49,617 nucleotides of DNA, from the IMG/VR virus record IMGVR_UViG_3300031953_000026, positions 1 through 49,617 of that record; one strand, 5' to 3'. Under the pieces are notes generated by a model. It did no database searches. It was not told the origin of the DNA and worked only from the letters and a program-made list of their open reading frames with translations. The first letter of the stretch is position 1, and every line of letters starts with the position of its first letter. This DNA comes from a virus (taxonomy: Duplodnaviria > Caudoviricetes). Made by a program: the position numbers and the translations under genes. Positions 36,617 to 44,973 of this stretch are shown here, in pieces.

Positions 36617-36973
36617 TTATGTACATTTTAATTTTTCAGATTCGTATATTTCACAAGCCTTTTCTAATACTATAATTCTCGCTTCATTCACATCGTCGGT
36701 AAAATCTAAGTGATAGTATTTATCAGGCGTTTGAACGGTTGCGCAATATTTTTCGGGAAATTCCCCGCAATGAGGAATGAATAAATTAGCGACATCCGGC
36801 AAAATATTTACCGTATCAAAAAATTCAACATATACAGAAAATTTCATCGACAAAGGAAGTCCCTCAAAGTATATTTCATTTCCAAAATAAACGTTTCCGT
36901 AATTATTTATATACCAACTCATAAATTCTTTTTCCGCTAATCCTGTTAATTGCGTTGTTGTAATTTTATTCAT
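36617..36973 (-). CDS. LTGKCK family paralog 3 (divergent)
   Basis: LTGLAEKEFMSWY...SMKFSVYVEFFD...LEKACEIYE. Confidence 0.7.
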   Translation of the reverse strand: MNKITTTQLTGLAEKEFMSWYINNYGNVYFGNEIYFEGLPLSMKFSVYVEFFDTVNILPDVANLFIPHCGEFPEKYCATVQTPDKYYHLDFTDDVNEARIIVLEKACEIYESEKLKCT

Positions 36974-37140
36974 TGTAAGATTCCTTTAGATTTTAAAATA
37001 AGTTCCTGATGCTGGTCATCCGTCAGATCCTGGATCTCCTGATCGCTCATTGGTATTCCGTTCCTATCGGCAGATTCTACCCATTGATCGTCTGATGGGG
37101 TGTTACTGACCTTGATGTTGTCGATGTTTGAGTAATCCAT
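36970..37140 (-). CDS. 56-aa acidic hypothetical protein (not in ORF track)
   Basis: MDYSNIDNIKVSNTPSDDQWVESADRNGIPMSDQEIQDL...; ATGA coupling. Confidence 0.55.
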   Translation of the reverse strand: MDYSNIDNIKVSNTPSDDQWVESADRNGIPMSDQEIQDLTDDQHQELILKSKGILQ

Positions 37141-37141
37141 T

Positions 37142-37333
37142 TTAGTTTGTATCTTTAATTAAATCAGCACTAAACCTCCAGAAGTGTTGCATATTATCAA
37201 ACCAAATTTTAATATTTTCCAAACTATATCCATTTGATTTGGCGTGTTCTACTATATCGCTTTTTATAGGTTTTTCATCTGATGAACCTTCAAGCCACAT
37301 TTCCCAATCTCTATCTCTGTATTCATATTCCAT
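37142..37333 (-). CDS. Hypothetical protein
   Basis: 63-aa ORF in a packed operon. Confidence 0.55.
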   Translation of the reverse strand: MEYEYRDRDWEMWLEGSSDEKPIKSDIVEHAKSNGYSLENIKIWFDNMQHFWRFSADLIKDTN

Positions 37334-37503
37334 AAGTTCTAGTCTAAAGGGATTCCAAAAGAAACCAATGCCATAAAGGTTCCCAATACAATTGCTGTTA
37401 AAATTACTGTCCTGATAACGATTGTTATATTTTTCATGTTGTTTGGTATTGTGGGGGATTGCTCCCCCTGGTTTAAATTATTGTGTATCTCGATATGCGA
37501 TAT

Positions 37504-37662
37504 TTATAAACTCTCCATTTTTAATTTGTGTAGTACTGATATCATTTCTTCATTTCCTAATTGAGCAGAAGCTCCTTGCATTATTTGACAAGCCTTTACA
37601 AATGATATATTTTCTTCTTTGGCTAATTTTTCAACTTCTAATTTTAATCCTTGCTTAGTCAT
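37504..37662 (-). CDS. Small hypothetical protein
   Basis: Probable start MTKQGL at 37662; TATATTTA promoter-like element at about 37690; GGGGGA-GCAA-TCCCCC hairpin downstream. Confidence 0.55.
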   Translation of the reverse strand: MTKQGLKLEVEKLAKEENISFVKACQIMQGASAQLGNEEMISVLHKLKMESL

Positions 37663-37814
37663 AATTTCTATTTGTTTGTTCCTATGGTGTAAATATACAA
37701 AACTTAATTTGATTAAATACCACCACATAGCATTTATTTTATTATAATTGTTTTATTGAGGTATTTTCACTATATTTACAGTCTAATAATAAAGCCTTAA
37801 AAACCCCACTACTA

Positions 37815-38105
37815 ATGAATATTAAAACTTCTGTACATTTGCCTAAAAATTTAACCCAATTGGAATTTAGAATTAAAGACGTTGCCAAGATCAAAAAGAT
37901 TAAGATTTATGAACTTGCCGCTAAAATTGGTAAGGGCTCAACCTATATCAGTAAAATTGACAATGGCAGTGTAAACACTACTATAAATGTTTTGCAAAGC
38001 ATTGCTGATGCTCTTGGTGTTCCTGTTCACGAACTTATAAAACTCCCTGAGGGCTACGGTCATTTCTATGTTAACGGGACCTGGGAAGGGATCAGGAAGG
38101 TATAA
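37815..38105 (+). CDS. XRE-family HTH regulator
   Basis: ELAAKIGKGSTYISKIDNG...LQSIADALGVPVHEL; divergent promoter at about 37771. Confidence 0.9.
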   Translation: MNIKTSVHLPKNLTQLEFRIKDVAKIKKIKIYELAAKIGKGSTYISKIDNGSVNTTINVLQSIADALGVPVHELIKLPEGYGHFYVNGTWEGIRKV

Positions 38106-38408
38106 CTTCAAGTTTAAATTCCTTCCTAAATTCCTGCTCCGCTGCTTCCCGGCTGATATCCTGGATTAATATATCGTTCCTTACTCTTCCTTTTGATCCT
38201 ATGTAACGGATGCGGTGGGTTTGTGGCTTTGTGTTTTTCATAAATTAATTGTTTGGTTTATAATTCTTTTGAATTTCCTGGCAGGCTTCTTTAACAGCAT
38301 CTTTATACCCTTTCTCGTATCCAAGGGAAAACAATTTATTCATCAAGCCAAGAATATAATGCTCTTGGTTAATCCTTCCTGCGAGTAATTTCGCTACTTC
38401 TTTTGCTT

Positions 38409-38624
38409 TCATAATTTCAGTTTAATTAATTTTTCGTAGTAAAATTCCTTTATAATATCAATCTGCGTATAACATTCCTTTTCTGTATAGGTCTTATCGG
38501 GTCCTGTTACTTGTTTTCCCTGCTTCATAACCTTAATTTTAAGCCCGGTGTTGTATTTTGTGGGCTGCGGGGAAATGAAGATCCCATGGTCTTTTAAGAG
38601 GGATTCTTTATGGCCGGGTTTCAT
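38409..38624 (-). CDS. Hypothetical protein
   Basis: 71-aa ORF in an early/middle operon. Confidence 0.5.
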   Translation of the reverse strand: MKPGHKESLLKDHGIFISPQPTKYNTGLKIKVMKQGKQVTGPDKTYTEKECYTQIDIIKEFYYEKLIKLKL

Positions 38625-39008
38625 TTAACCTCTTTTATTGGGTCTGGCAATCCGTAAACTATCGGGTATAAGATTATCTCTATAGCCTTCATTTTTTCTA
38701 AATATTGCTTTTTAGGTAAATAATCAACCGTATTAAGGTGTAAGTGCATGTATTCTCCGTATAGTATTTCCAGTTTTTCTTTCATAATTATATGCTTGTT
38801 GTTTTTGCTTCTTTATAACCTTTATCTAATGCAATTTGTATCGCCGCTACAGCCTCACCAACCGTAACATTGTATTTATAATCCTTTTCCGTAATATCAC
38901 CTTCTAATCCTATTGATTCTTTTAAAATTTCTTCTGCTTTTTTCATAATTTTGGTTTTTAATTAATCTCTATGTTGTTTCTATTTGTTTTTACCAGCCTT
39001 AAAAAAGG

Positions 39009-39545
39009 CTATTTAAATAAATTTAAGGCTTGGTTTATCTCTGCTTCAATACATTCTTTCACCGTTTCAAAATCCCACACCTCCCCCAATAGTTTAGACT
39101 TGTTTTCAGGCGTTTTAACGAACTCTTTTAATTTTTCTACACTATCAGCCGTTTCTTGCTCGTTAATCAATAATGGGTGCTTTAAAGATGCTCCTGATGC
39201 TTCTAAGGCTTCATACTGCTCGCTGTCATTCAAAGAGTTTTTAAAATCTTCGATTACCTGATAAAGCGGTTTTTTCAAAAGGGAGTATATTTTCTTTCGA
39301 GCCAGGTTATCCATTACCGTACTTTTATCGTTCTCTAAAATCTTCATAAACAGATATGTGTACAGCTTTGCAAAGTTTTCATTTTGCTGACATTGCTGTT
39401 TTTCGGCTTGCTTTATATATTCATCTATGGAGTTGTAGGCGTTTACATCTTCCTGATTTACCGGAAAAGGTTTCTTGTTTTCGTTGCCTCCAAACCTCCA
39501 GAAGATCCTGTTTATTGCTGTTTTTATTTTCATTTGATTTACCAT
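39009..39545 (-). CDS. Hypothetical protein
   Basis: 178-aa ORF coupled to the helicase-like gene. Confidence 0.65.
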   Translation of the reverse strand: MVNQMKIKTAINRIFWRFGGNENKKPFPVNQEDVNAYNSIDEYIKQAEKQQCQQNENFAKLYTYLFMKILENDKSTVMDNLARKKIYSLLKKPLYQVIEDFKNSLNDSEQYEALEASGASLKHPLLINEQETADSVEKLKEFVKTPENKSKLLGEVWDFETVKECIEAEINQALNLFK

Positions 39546-40393
39546 TTTTCCTCTTCTTTTATATCACATTCGTACGGGATTACATCGTTGTTTAGCTTGA
39601 AATGAAATTCGTCAAACTCCGGCCCCCTTGCATCTGGCTGGGTAACTCGTACCGGATCGTTCTTGACCGTTGGGTCTGTTCTTTCAACTAAAATAACAGT
39701 TTCGCATTTTTCCTCTATAAACGTTCCTAAATGCCCCCTCGCTTTATTATCTTCTGATCTGGTGTGAATAATGCAAAGTATGTGCATCCCTTCCCTTTTC
39801 CACTTCATTAGGTATTGAATTGCTTTATCGGTTTCAATGACATCGTTTGGATTACGGACTAAATCGGCAATGTGATCTATGATCAGCATTCCTATTTTTC
39901 CCTTGTATTTAGGATCTGAAACAATGTGATCTATAAATTCCAATCGGTGTGCTTTGTCGCTGATACGTTCAATTCCAAAAGGCATATAATTATCATAATT
40001 CGCTCCGGTCATCTCCATTACCCGCCTAAATGCCTTAACTGAGTAATAAGGCCCTTGTTCGGTATCAAAATCAAATACGTATTTATCACCTTCTCTTCGG
40101 CTTTTTATCTCTGGGAAATGTATTGAGGCCTGACCCCCAATATAACACGCAGCTAAAGCGGTTTTTAGAAATGTTTTTTTGCTTTTCTTTTTGGCTTTTA
40201 TCAGGCTTATTTCCCCGTAGGTAAAAGTAGGATTGTCGTACATTTTGCCCTTGTAATCTGTTTTGCCAATACTCAAAGCAACCGGAGGAAATGGAATATC
40301 TTCGCTGATATCCACAAAACATTCGTTAAAGTATTTTTTGTAGTTGAAATCTGTTTCCTGTTCCTCTACTGGGCTGAAGGTTAATTTACTCAT
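39539..40393 (-). CDS. RecA/AAA_25-like helicase-type ATPase
   Basis: Degenerate Walker A (AKKKSKKT), FDTEQG, Walker B LIIDHIADL, IIH and RGHLG. Confidence 0.75.
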   Translation of the reverse strand: MSKLTFSPVEEQETDFNYKKYFNECFVDISEDIPFPPVALSIGKTDYKGKMYDNPTFTYGEISLIKAKKKSKKTFLKTALAACYIGGQASIHFPEIKSRREGDKYVFDFDTEQGPYYSVKAFRRVMEMTGANYDNYMPFGIERISDKAHRLEFIDHIVSDPKYKGKIGMLIIDHIADLVRNPNDVIETDKAIQYLMKWKREGMHILCIIHTRSEDNKARGHLGTFIEEKCETVILVERTDPTVKNDPVRVTQPDARGPEFDEFHFKLNNDVIPYECDIKEEEKW

Positions 40394-41026
40394 TTAAAAT
40401 AAGGTTGTTTGTGATTGGTGGTCTTTGATTCGTTTCATTGCGGCATCGAAATATTCTTTATCAAGTTCGCAGGCGGTCAAATCAAATTTGTAATCGTGGC
40501 AGGCGATGGCTATACTTCCAGAACCTAAGTGGGTATCTAAAATTTTATCTCCTTCTTTTGCATAGTTTTTAAAAAGCCATTTATATAATTGAATAGGTTT
40601 TTGCGTTGGGTGTATTTTTGCCGTTCTTTCTCCGCTGAAATGATGCCATCTAAACATCCTTGTACTTCCTTTTATATTTTGCCAAGCAAGTTCTGCATCT
40701 GCCATTGGATTAGTTCCGTTCATTTTATCCCAAACAACAAAGCCATCTGTTTTCCCTAAATAATCCAAAAAGTAATTGCCTCCCCAAATTATTTGATTTT
40801 TAGAAACTCTTTGCAATTCTGTAAAATATTCAGGGGATGGTATTTCGTCCCAATTTTCAACCTTATCATCTGCTAAATTTCTTAAACTACCCATCCCACC
40901 TTTTGCCCCGCCTTTTACTAATCTATCTCCTAACCCATAAGGAGGATCAACAATAGCCAGATCAAAATAATTATCGGAATAGCGTGCCATTAGCAGCATA
41001 TTATCTTCGTTGGTGATTTGTATCAT
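40394..41026 (-). CDS. Orphan DNA amino-methyltransferase (beta class)
   Basis: DPPY, IHPTQKP and DTHLGSGS. Confidence 0.93.
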   Translation of the reverse strand: MIQITNEDNMLLMARYSDNYFDLAIVDPPYGLGDRLVKGGAKGGMGSLRNLADDKVENWDEIPSPEYFTELQRVSKNQIIWGGNYFLDYLGKTDGFVVWDKMNGTNPMADAELAWQNIKGSTRMFRWHHFSGERTAKIHPTQKPIQLYKWLFKNYAKEGDKILDTHLGSGSIAIACHDYKFDLTACELDKEYFDAAMKRIKDHQSQTTLF

Positions 41027-41730
41027 AATTGCGCTGTTTCTTTTTTACCGTACAATCCTACATTCTGATCCCCGTAGGCTGTCAAATAAGAGTTAAAGTA
41101 TTTTAGGAAATGGTCTGGGTTTGATTGCATCGAGGTATTATCCCCCGGTAATTTCTTTTGCTTAAAAAGTCCGATCAAGGCGTTGCGTATGTCCTGGGGT
41201 TCGTAATCTTTTAAAAGGTCTTTTAGATTTTGCTCAGAATCATAACTAAATGATTTTAGGTTGGAAGGGAGTTTTAAATGTTCCAGTCTTTTAGAATTCC
41301 AATCTTCAAAAAATTCCTTTTTGTTATATTGTTCTTTTGTTATATTGTTATATTGTTTATCTATACTCACCGTGCTTTGACTATGCTTTGTACTGTGCTT
41401 TGACAATGCTTTGTCTAGTGCTTTGGTAGGTGCTTTGGTATTTTCTACAAGGGCAATAATATTTGAGGAATATTGATTTTTGCTTATTTCAATCATTTTT
41501 ATAAACCCAAATTCAACCAAATCATTTAATGCTTTTGAATAGGTTCGCCAATTTTTAACGCCTACTGCCTCCATTACCATTTGAGAAGGGAGGCCAAATT
41601 TTTCCTTCCATCCCAAACGATTACAATGCTCAATAGCAAAAAAGAAAATTGCGGAGTGTATCGGTCTTATTTTCTCTGGGTTTTCAAAAGAGTAATCCCA
41701 AAAACTTCTACTTAATTCATAACTCGTCAT
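41023..41730 (-). CDS. Replication initiator (O/DnaD-like)
   Basis: N-terminal winged-helix pattern (YSKALNDLVEFGFI); internal iterons; C-terminal PDHFLK. Confidence 0.75.
   Translation of the reverse strand: MTSYELSRSFWDYSFENPEKIRPIHSAIFFFAIEHCNRLGWKEKFGLPSQMVMEAVGVKNWRTYSKALNDLVEFGFIKMIEISKNQYSSNIIALVENTKAPTKALDKALSKHSTKHSQSTVSIDKQYNNITKEQYNKKEFFEDWNSKRLEHLKLPSNLKSFSYDSEQNLKDLLKDYEPQDIRNALIGLFKQKKLPGDNTSMQSNPDHFLKYFNSYLTAYGDQNVGLYGKKETAQL
41321..41437. other. Putative replication origin: six TGCTTTG iterons plus an AT-rich tract
   Basis: TGCTTTG at 41373, 41384, 41396, 41407, 41419 and 41431; TTGTTATA repeats at 41321-41358. Confidence 0.75.
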
Positions 41731-41766
41731 ATCAGGGGGATATTTAATTTTTAAAAAATAATTGTT

Positions 41767-42021
41767 CTATCCTAATTCCCAATAGCTTGCGCCAATTCGG
41801 GTTAAGACTGCTTCTGCGGTTTCAAAAGTCCAGTACTTATGCCTGCTATAGAATTTACCTTTATAGGTAAACATCAGGTGTAATGGCATTGAATAATTGA
41901 GTGAATTATGTATCTTTGGCGAAGTGTTCATATAAATTAGGTTTATGTGAATATTAGAAGCCGTTCGGAACTCTAATTCCGGGCGGTTTTGTGCGTTAAA
42001 TATACGGCTATTTCGGTTCAT
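41767..42021 (-). CDS. Hypothetical protein
   Basis: 84-aa ORF between the methyltransferase and initiator genes. Confidence 0.55.
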   Translation of the reverse strand: MNRNSRIFNAQNRPELEFRTASNIHINLIYMNTSPKIHNSLNYSMPLHLMFTYKGKFYSRHKYWTFETAEAVLTRIGASYWELG

Positions 42022-42045
42022 AATCAGGGTTTTGAGGTAGTTTGT

Positions 42046-42843
42046 TTAAAACAAAATAGGATGCTTTTTAGATAATTCTGATTTGGCATATCCAAACTCT
42101 TTTATCTCTGTAAACTTTGTTTTATTCTCTGTGATTAATTTAGTGGCTGCCTTGAAAAAATCCTTTTTAATCTCAAAACCAAATGATTTTCTATTGCAGT
42201 TATCCGCAGCAATTAAAGTACTCCCACTTCCGGCACAAGGATCTATTATGACGTCACCTTCATCTGTGAAGATCTTAATTAGTTTCTCCAACAATTCAAC
42301 TGGTTTCTGCGTGGGGTGGATCTTCTCAGTTTTAGTGTCTTTGGTCCAGTCGATGCAGTTCATTACCATTTTACCGTGGTTGTTGAATTTTGGCAGTTTA
42401 TCCCGGTAGAATAATAAAGCGTATTCACAATTGCCAACAACCCGCATATTTGCTTTAAGGACCTGAGCGGAAAAGTTTTTCCTGAATACCAAGTTTATGT
42501 ATTTATTCAATCCGTATTTCTTTGCTTTTTCTATCAATTCAAATTGCTGCTCAAAGGCACAAAAGACAATCATACAAGGTGCTTTTCCTTTTTCCTTTGG
42601 CTCTTTAATCATCAGTTTAGAACAGAAATGCAAAAATTCTGATATCCTAAAATCCTTATCGGTATCGAAAAACTCCTTTCCCGCCAGTTCGCTTTCACCG
42701 TTCTTATTATCACCTCCTTTATACCAACTTGGATTTGAACCGTAGGCGTTGATTCCGATATTATACGGGATATCCGCAATTACTAATTGGGCTTTCGGCA
42801 TATTATACCTTTTGAAATTCTGAAAATGGTCGTTTATTAACAT
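42046..42843 (-). CDS. Second orphan DNA amino-methyltransferase (beta class)
   Basis: DIPY, IHPTQKP and DPCAGSGS. Confidence 0.93.
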   Translation of the reverse strand: MLINDHFQNFKRYNMPKAQLVIADIPYNIGINAYGSNPSWYKGGDNKNGESELAGKEFFDTDKDFRISEFLHFCSKLMIKEPKEKGKAPCMIVFCAFEQQFELIEKAKKYGLNKYINLVFRKNFSAQVLKANMRVVGNCEYALLFYRDKLPKFNNHGKMVMNCIDWTKDTKTEKIHPTQKPVELLEKLIKIFTDEGDVIIDPCAGSGSTLIAADNCNRKSFGFEIKKDFFKAATKLITENKTKFTEIKEFGYAKSELSKKHPILF

Positions 42844-42865
42844 CGTTTTCTTTGTATTTAGTGGT

Positions 42866-43192
42866 TTAAAGTATCTTTTTTGCTATTCCTAAAATGCTGT
42901 TTTTATCTTTTCGGTACGCTTGAATAATAGCGGTTAGTTCTCCCATCTCCGGGATGGAAACCGTTTTTATAGTATCTATGTAATCATAAAAAACATCGTG
43001 CACCTCTGTGGCTGATTTGTCCTCAGCATCCAAAAAGGAATCGAAATATTTTTCCTGCTTTATCAATACCTTTAAAAATAGATTCCCCTTGTTCCTCAGT
43101 TCTTTATTGTAAATTGAGGTGTGTTTTAACTGCTCTATATGATTCAAGGCTATGGCTGTGCTTATAACTGAATGAACTATTTTGTGTTCCAT
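42866..43192 (-). CDS. Hypothetical protein
   Basis: 108-aa helical ORF. Confidence 0.6.
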   Translation of the reverse strand: MEHKIVHSVISTAIALNHIEQLKHTSIYNKELRNKGNLFLKVLIKQEKYFDSFLDAEDKSATEVHDVFYDYIDTIKTVSIPEMGELTAIIQAYRKDKNSILGIAKKIL

Positions 43193-43371
43193 TAGAATAT
43201 TTTAGTGCCTTTTTTATAATTTAGTTTGATGTGGAAATACTCCCATTTCGTCAATCTGGATTTGTTCATGGGAGTGTTCCCGTTCATTGAAACTCTGATT
43301 TCTTCCCCGCTTTCCCTAATGATAAAACATACTGCATGGGGTTCTGATTCGCTCTTTACAAATAAGGTCAT
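43192..43371 (-). CDS. 59-aa hypothetical protein (not in ORF track)
   Basis: MTLFVKSESEPHAVCFIIRE...KGTKIF; TAATG coupling. Confidence 0.5.
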   Translation of the reverse strand: MTLFVKSESEPHAVCFIIRESGEEIRVSMNGNTPMNKSRLTKWEYFHIKLNYKKGTKIF

Positions 43372-43382
43372 AACGGTTGGGG

Positions 43383-43670
43383 TTACTGGATTGCTATTTT
43401 AGCATTTTGTTTCGCCTCTATTTCGATTAAAATAAAATTGGCGCGCTCTAATGTTTCAACCTCCCAAGCCCAAATTCCAAAAGCTTTATTACTTGGATAA
43501 CTTATACATCCGTAAAGGGTGTTTTCTACACGTTTAAATACTTCAAAGGTCTTACCACCTTCCAAAGATGTTTTAGCGTAAATATAGCCGTATGGTGTGG
43601 CTGTAATTTGATTGAAGTCATATCCTCTTACCTGACCTAATCCTGCGAATTGTGTTTGTAGTTCTTTCAT
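43383..43670 (-). CDS. Hypothetical phage protein
   Basis: FEVFKR...YPS..AFGIWAW motif. Confidence 0.65.
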   Translation of the reverse strand: MKELQTQFAGLGQVRGYDFNQITATPYGYIYAKTSLEGGKTFEVFKRVENTLYGCISYPSNKAFGIWAWEVETLERANFILIEIEAKQNAKIAIQ

Positions 43671-43689
43671 AATGATTTTTATTTATTAA

Positions 43690-44004
43690 TTAATTTTTAT
43701 CATGCTTATTATGGTGTGGTCTGCACCTGATTAAAATATTATTCACCCAATCCCATGCAAGTTCTGATTGGCTGCTTTTTTGGCACTCATTAACTGAAAT
43801 TTCGTGGCTGCAATCTAAATAAGTACCTGACCCGTTATTGCCGCAAATATGCCCTTCGCTTTCATCTTCGCAGAAATTATAACCAAATTCATTTCGTTGC
43901 CATTCCAGGCGGTGCGCTTTGGCTTTTCGGATCTTTCGGTCAATGATTGACTTCTCGATATAATTGCCATCACTGGTTTTATAAGAGTTCACAGTAAACC
44001 CCAA
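43690..44004 (-). CDS. NinG/HNH-like nuclease
   Basis: C..C, DCSH and N....C..HH beta-beta-alpha-Me pattern. Confidence 0.6.
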   Translation of the reverse strand: MGFTVNSYKTSDGNYIEKSIIDRKIRKAKAHRLEWQRNEFGYNFCEDESEGHICGNNGSGTYLDCSHEISVNECQKSSQSELAWDWVNNILIRCRPHHNKHDKN

Positions 44005-44885
44005 TTTTTAATTAAACCGCTATTTTTCTTGATGGCATTATATTCTTTAGACTGAATAAGTATCAATTCGTATTCAGGATAATATTTAGCAAACCTTTTA
44101 ATTTTAGTTTTAGATTTTGCATCCATATAACCTTTTACTTCAACATACTTTTGTTTACCGTTGTTTTCAGTTATAAGGAAATCAGGTAAATAGGATCGCA
44201 CACCTCTTTTTATTTCAAGAAACCAAAAGGTTTTAGGTTCGTGTTCCCAATCTTTTATATCTCCGTTATCTTTAAGAAATTGATAGTAAGCTGCTATATT
44301 TGCTTCCCAGGAGGATCTTGCATAAAAGGTTTTTCCCCCAATACTAATCTTCCCTTTTTTTCCTCTGGAATAAATATTCCCTGATGGTGATTTTTGTCTA
44401 ATATTCATAGATTTAGATGCTCTATCTGATAATTTTTGTCTGTGTGCAGGTTGGTTAACTATACTATTTTCATCCTGCCACATAGCCTTTGAGTTGCGTG
44501 ATATTATTTTTACGGTATCAGTACTATGCTTTTTGCCTTTCATTCCTTTAGGGTGGTCGTTTTGGTCGTGCCAATCCTTCATCCTGTTGGATATACTTGT
44601 AGGTGTTTGGGAATTAATAAAAGGCTTTAGTTCACCTTTCTTATGCAAGTCCTTCATATAAGCTGAGTGCTGAGGTCGTGCTTTTCCTTTTTTAGATTCT
44701 GCTGCTCTTGATTGCCATTCTTTATGAAATTCACTTGAAAGGTTAAATTTTAATTTAAGTTTGGTGGCAGCATAACGTATTTGTGGCTCTGTTTTATTAA
44801 GATTCTCAGAACAATATAGTTTCCCTTTTTCTGGATAATTATCTTTAAGAAATTCAAGTTCTTTTTTAGTCCAATTTTTTATCAT
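43989..44885 (-). CDS. Free-standing homing-endonuclease-like protein (NUMOD-like repeats plus PD-(D/E)xK domain)
   Basis: KGKKHSTDT NUMOD3-like motif; RSSWE...YLPDF...EVKG. Confidence 0.75.
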   Translation of the reverse strand: MIKNWTKKELEFLKDNYPEKGKLYCSENLNKTEPQIRYAATKLKLKFNLSSEFHKEWQSRAAESKKGKARPQHSAYMKDLHKKGELKPFINSQTPTSISNRMKDWHDQNDHPKGMKGKKHSTDTVKIISRNSKAMWQDENSIVNQPAHRQKLSDRASKSMNIRQKSPSGNIYSRGKKGKISIGGKTFYARSSWEANIAAYYQFLKDNGDIKDWEHEPKTFWFLEIKRGVRSYLPDFLITENNGKQKYVEVKGYMDAKSKTKIKRFAKYYPEYELILIQSKEYNAIKKNSGLIKNWGLL

Positions 44886-44941
44886 TCTTGGGGGAATTTT
44901 GAGGGGTTAAAATGAATCCCCCGTGTGGGGGCACTTGTATT

Positions 44942-44971
44942 TGTCCAGTTTTTATGCGCAAAAACTGGACA
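44942..44971. repeat. Perfect 12-6-12 palindrome
   Basis: TGTCCAGTTTTT-ATGCGC-AAAAACTGGACA. Confidence 0.9.
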
Positions 44972-44973
44972 TT

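Noticed and set aside
40394-44885. Methyltransferases plus PD-(D/E)xK nuclease as a restriction-modification system
   Set aside because: The nuclease is not adjacent to either MTase and carries NUMOD-like repeats typical of homing endonucleases.
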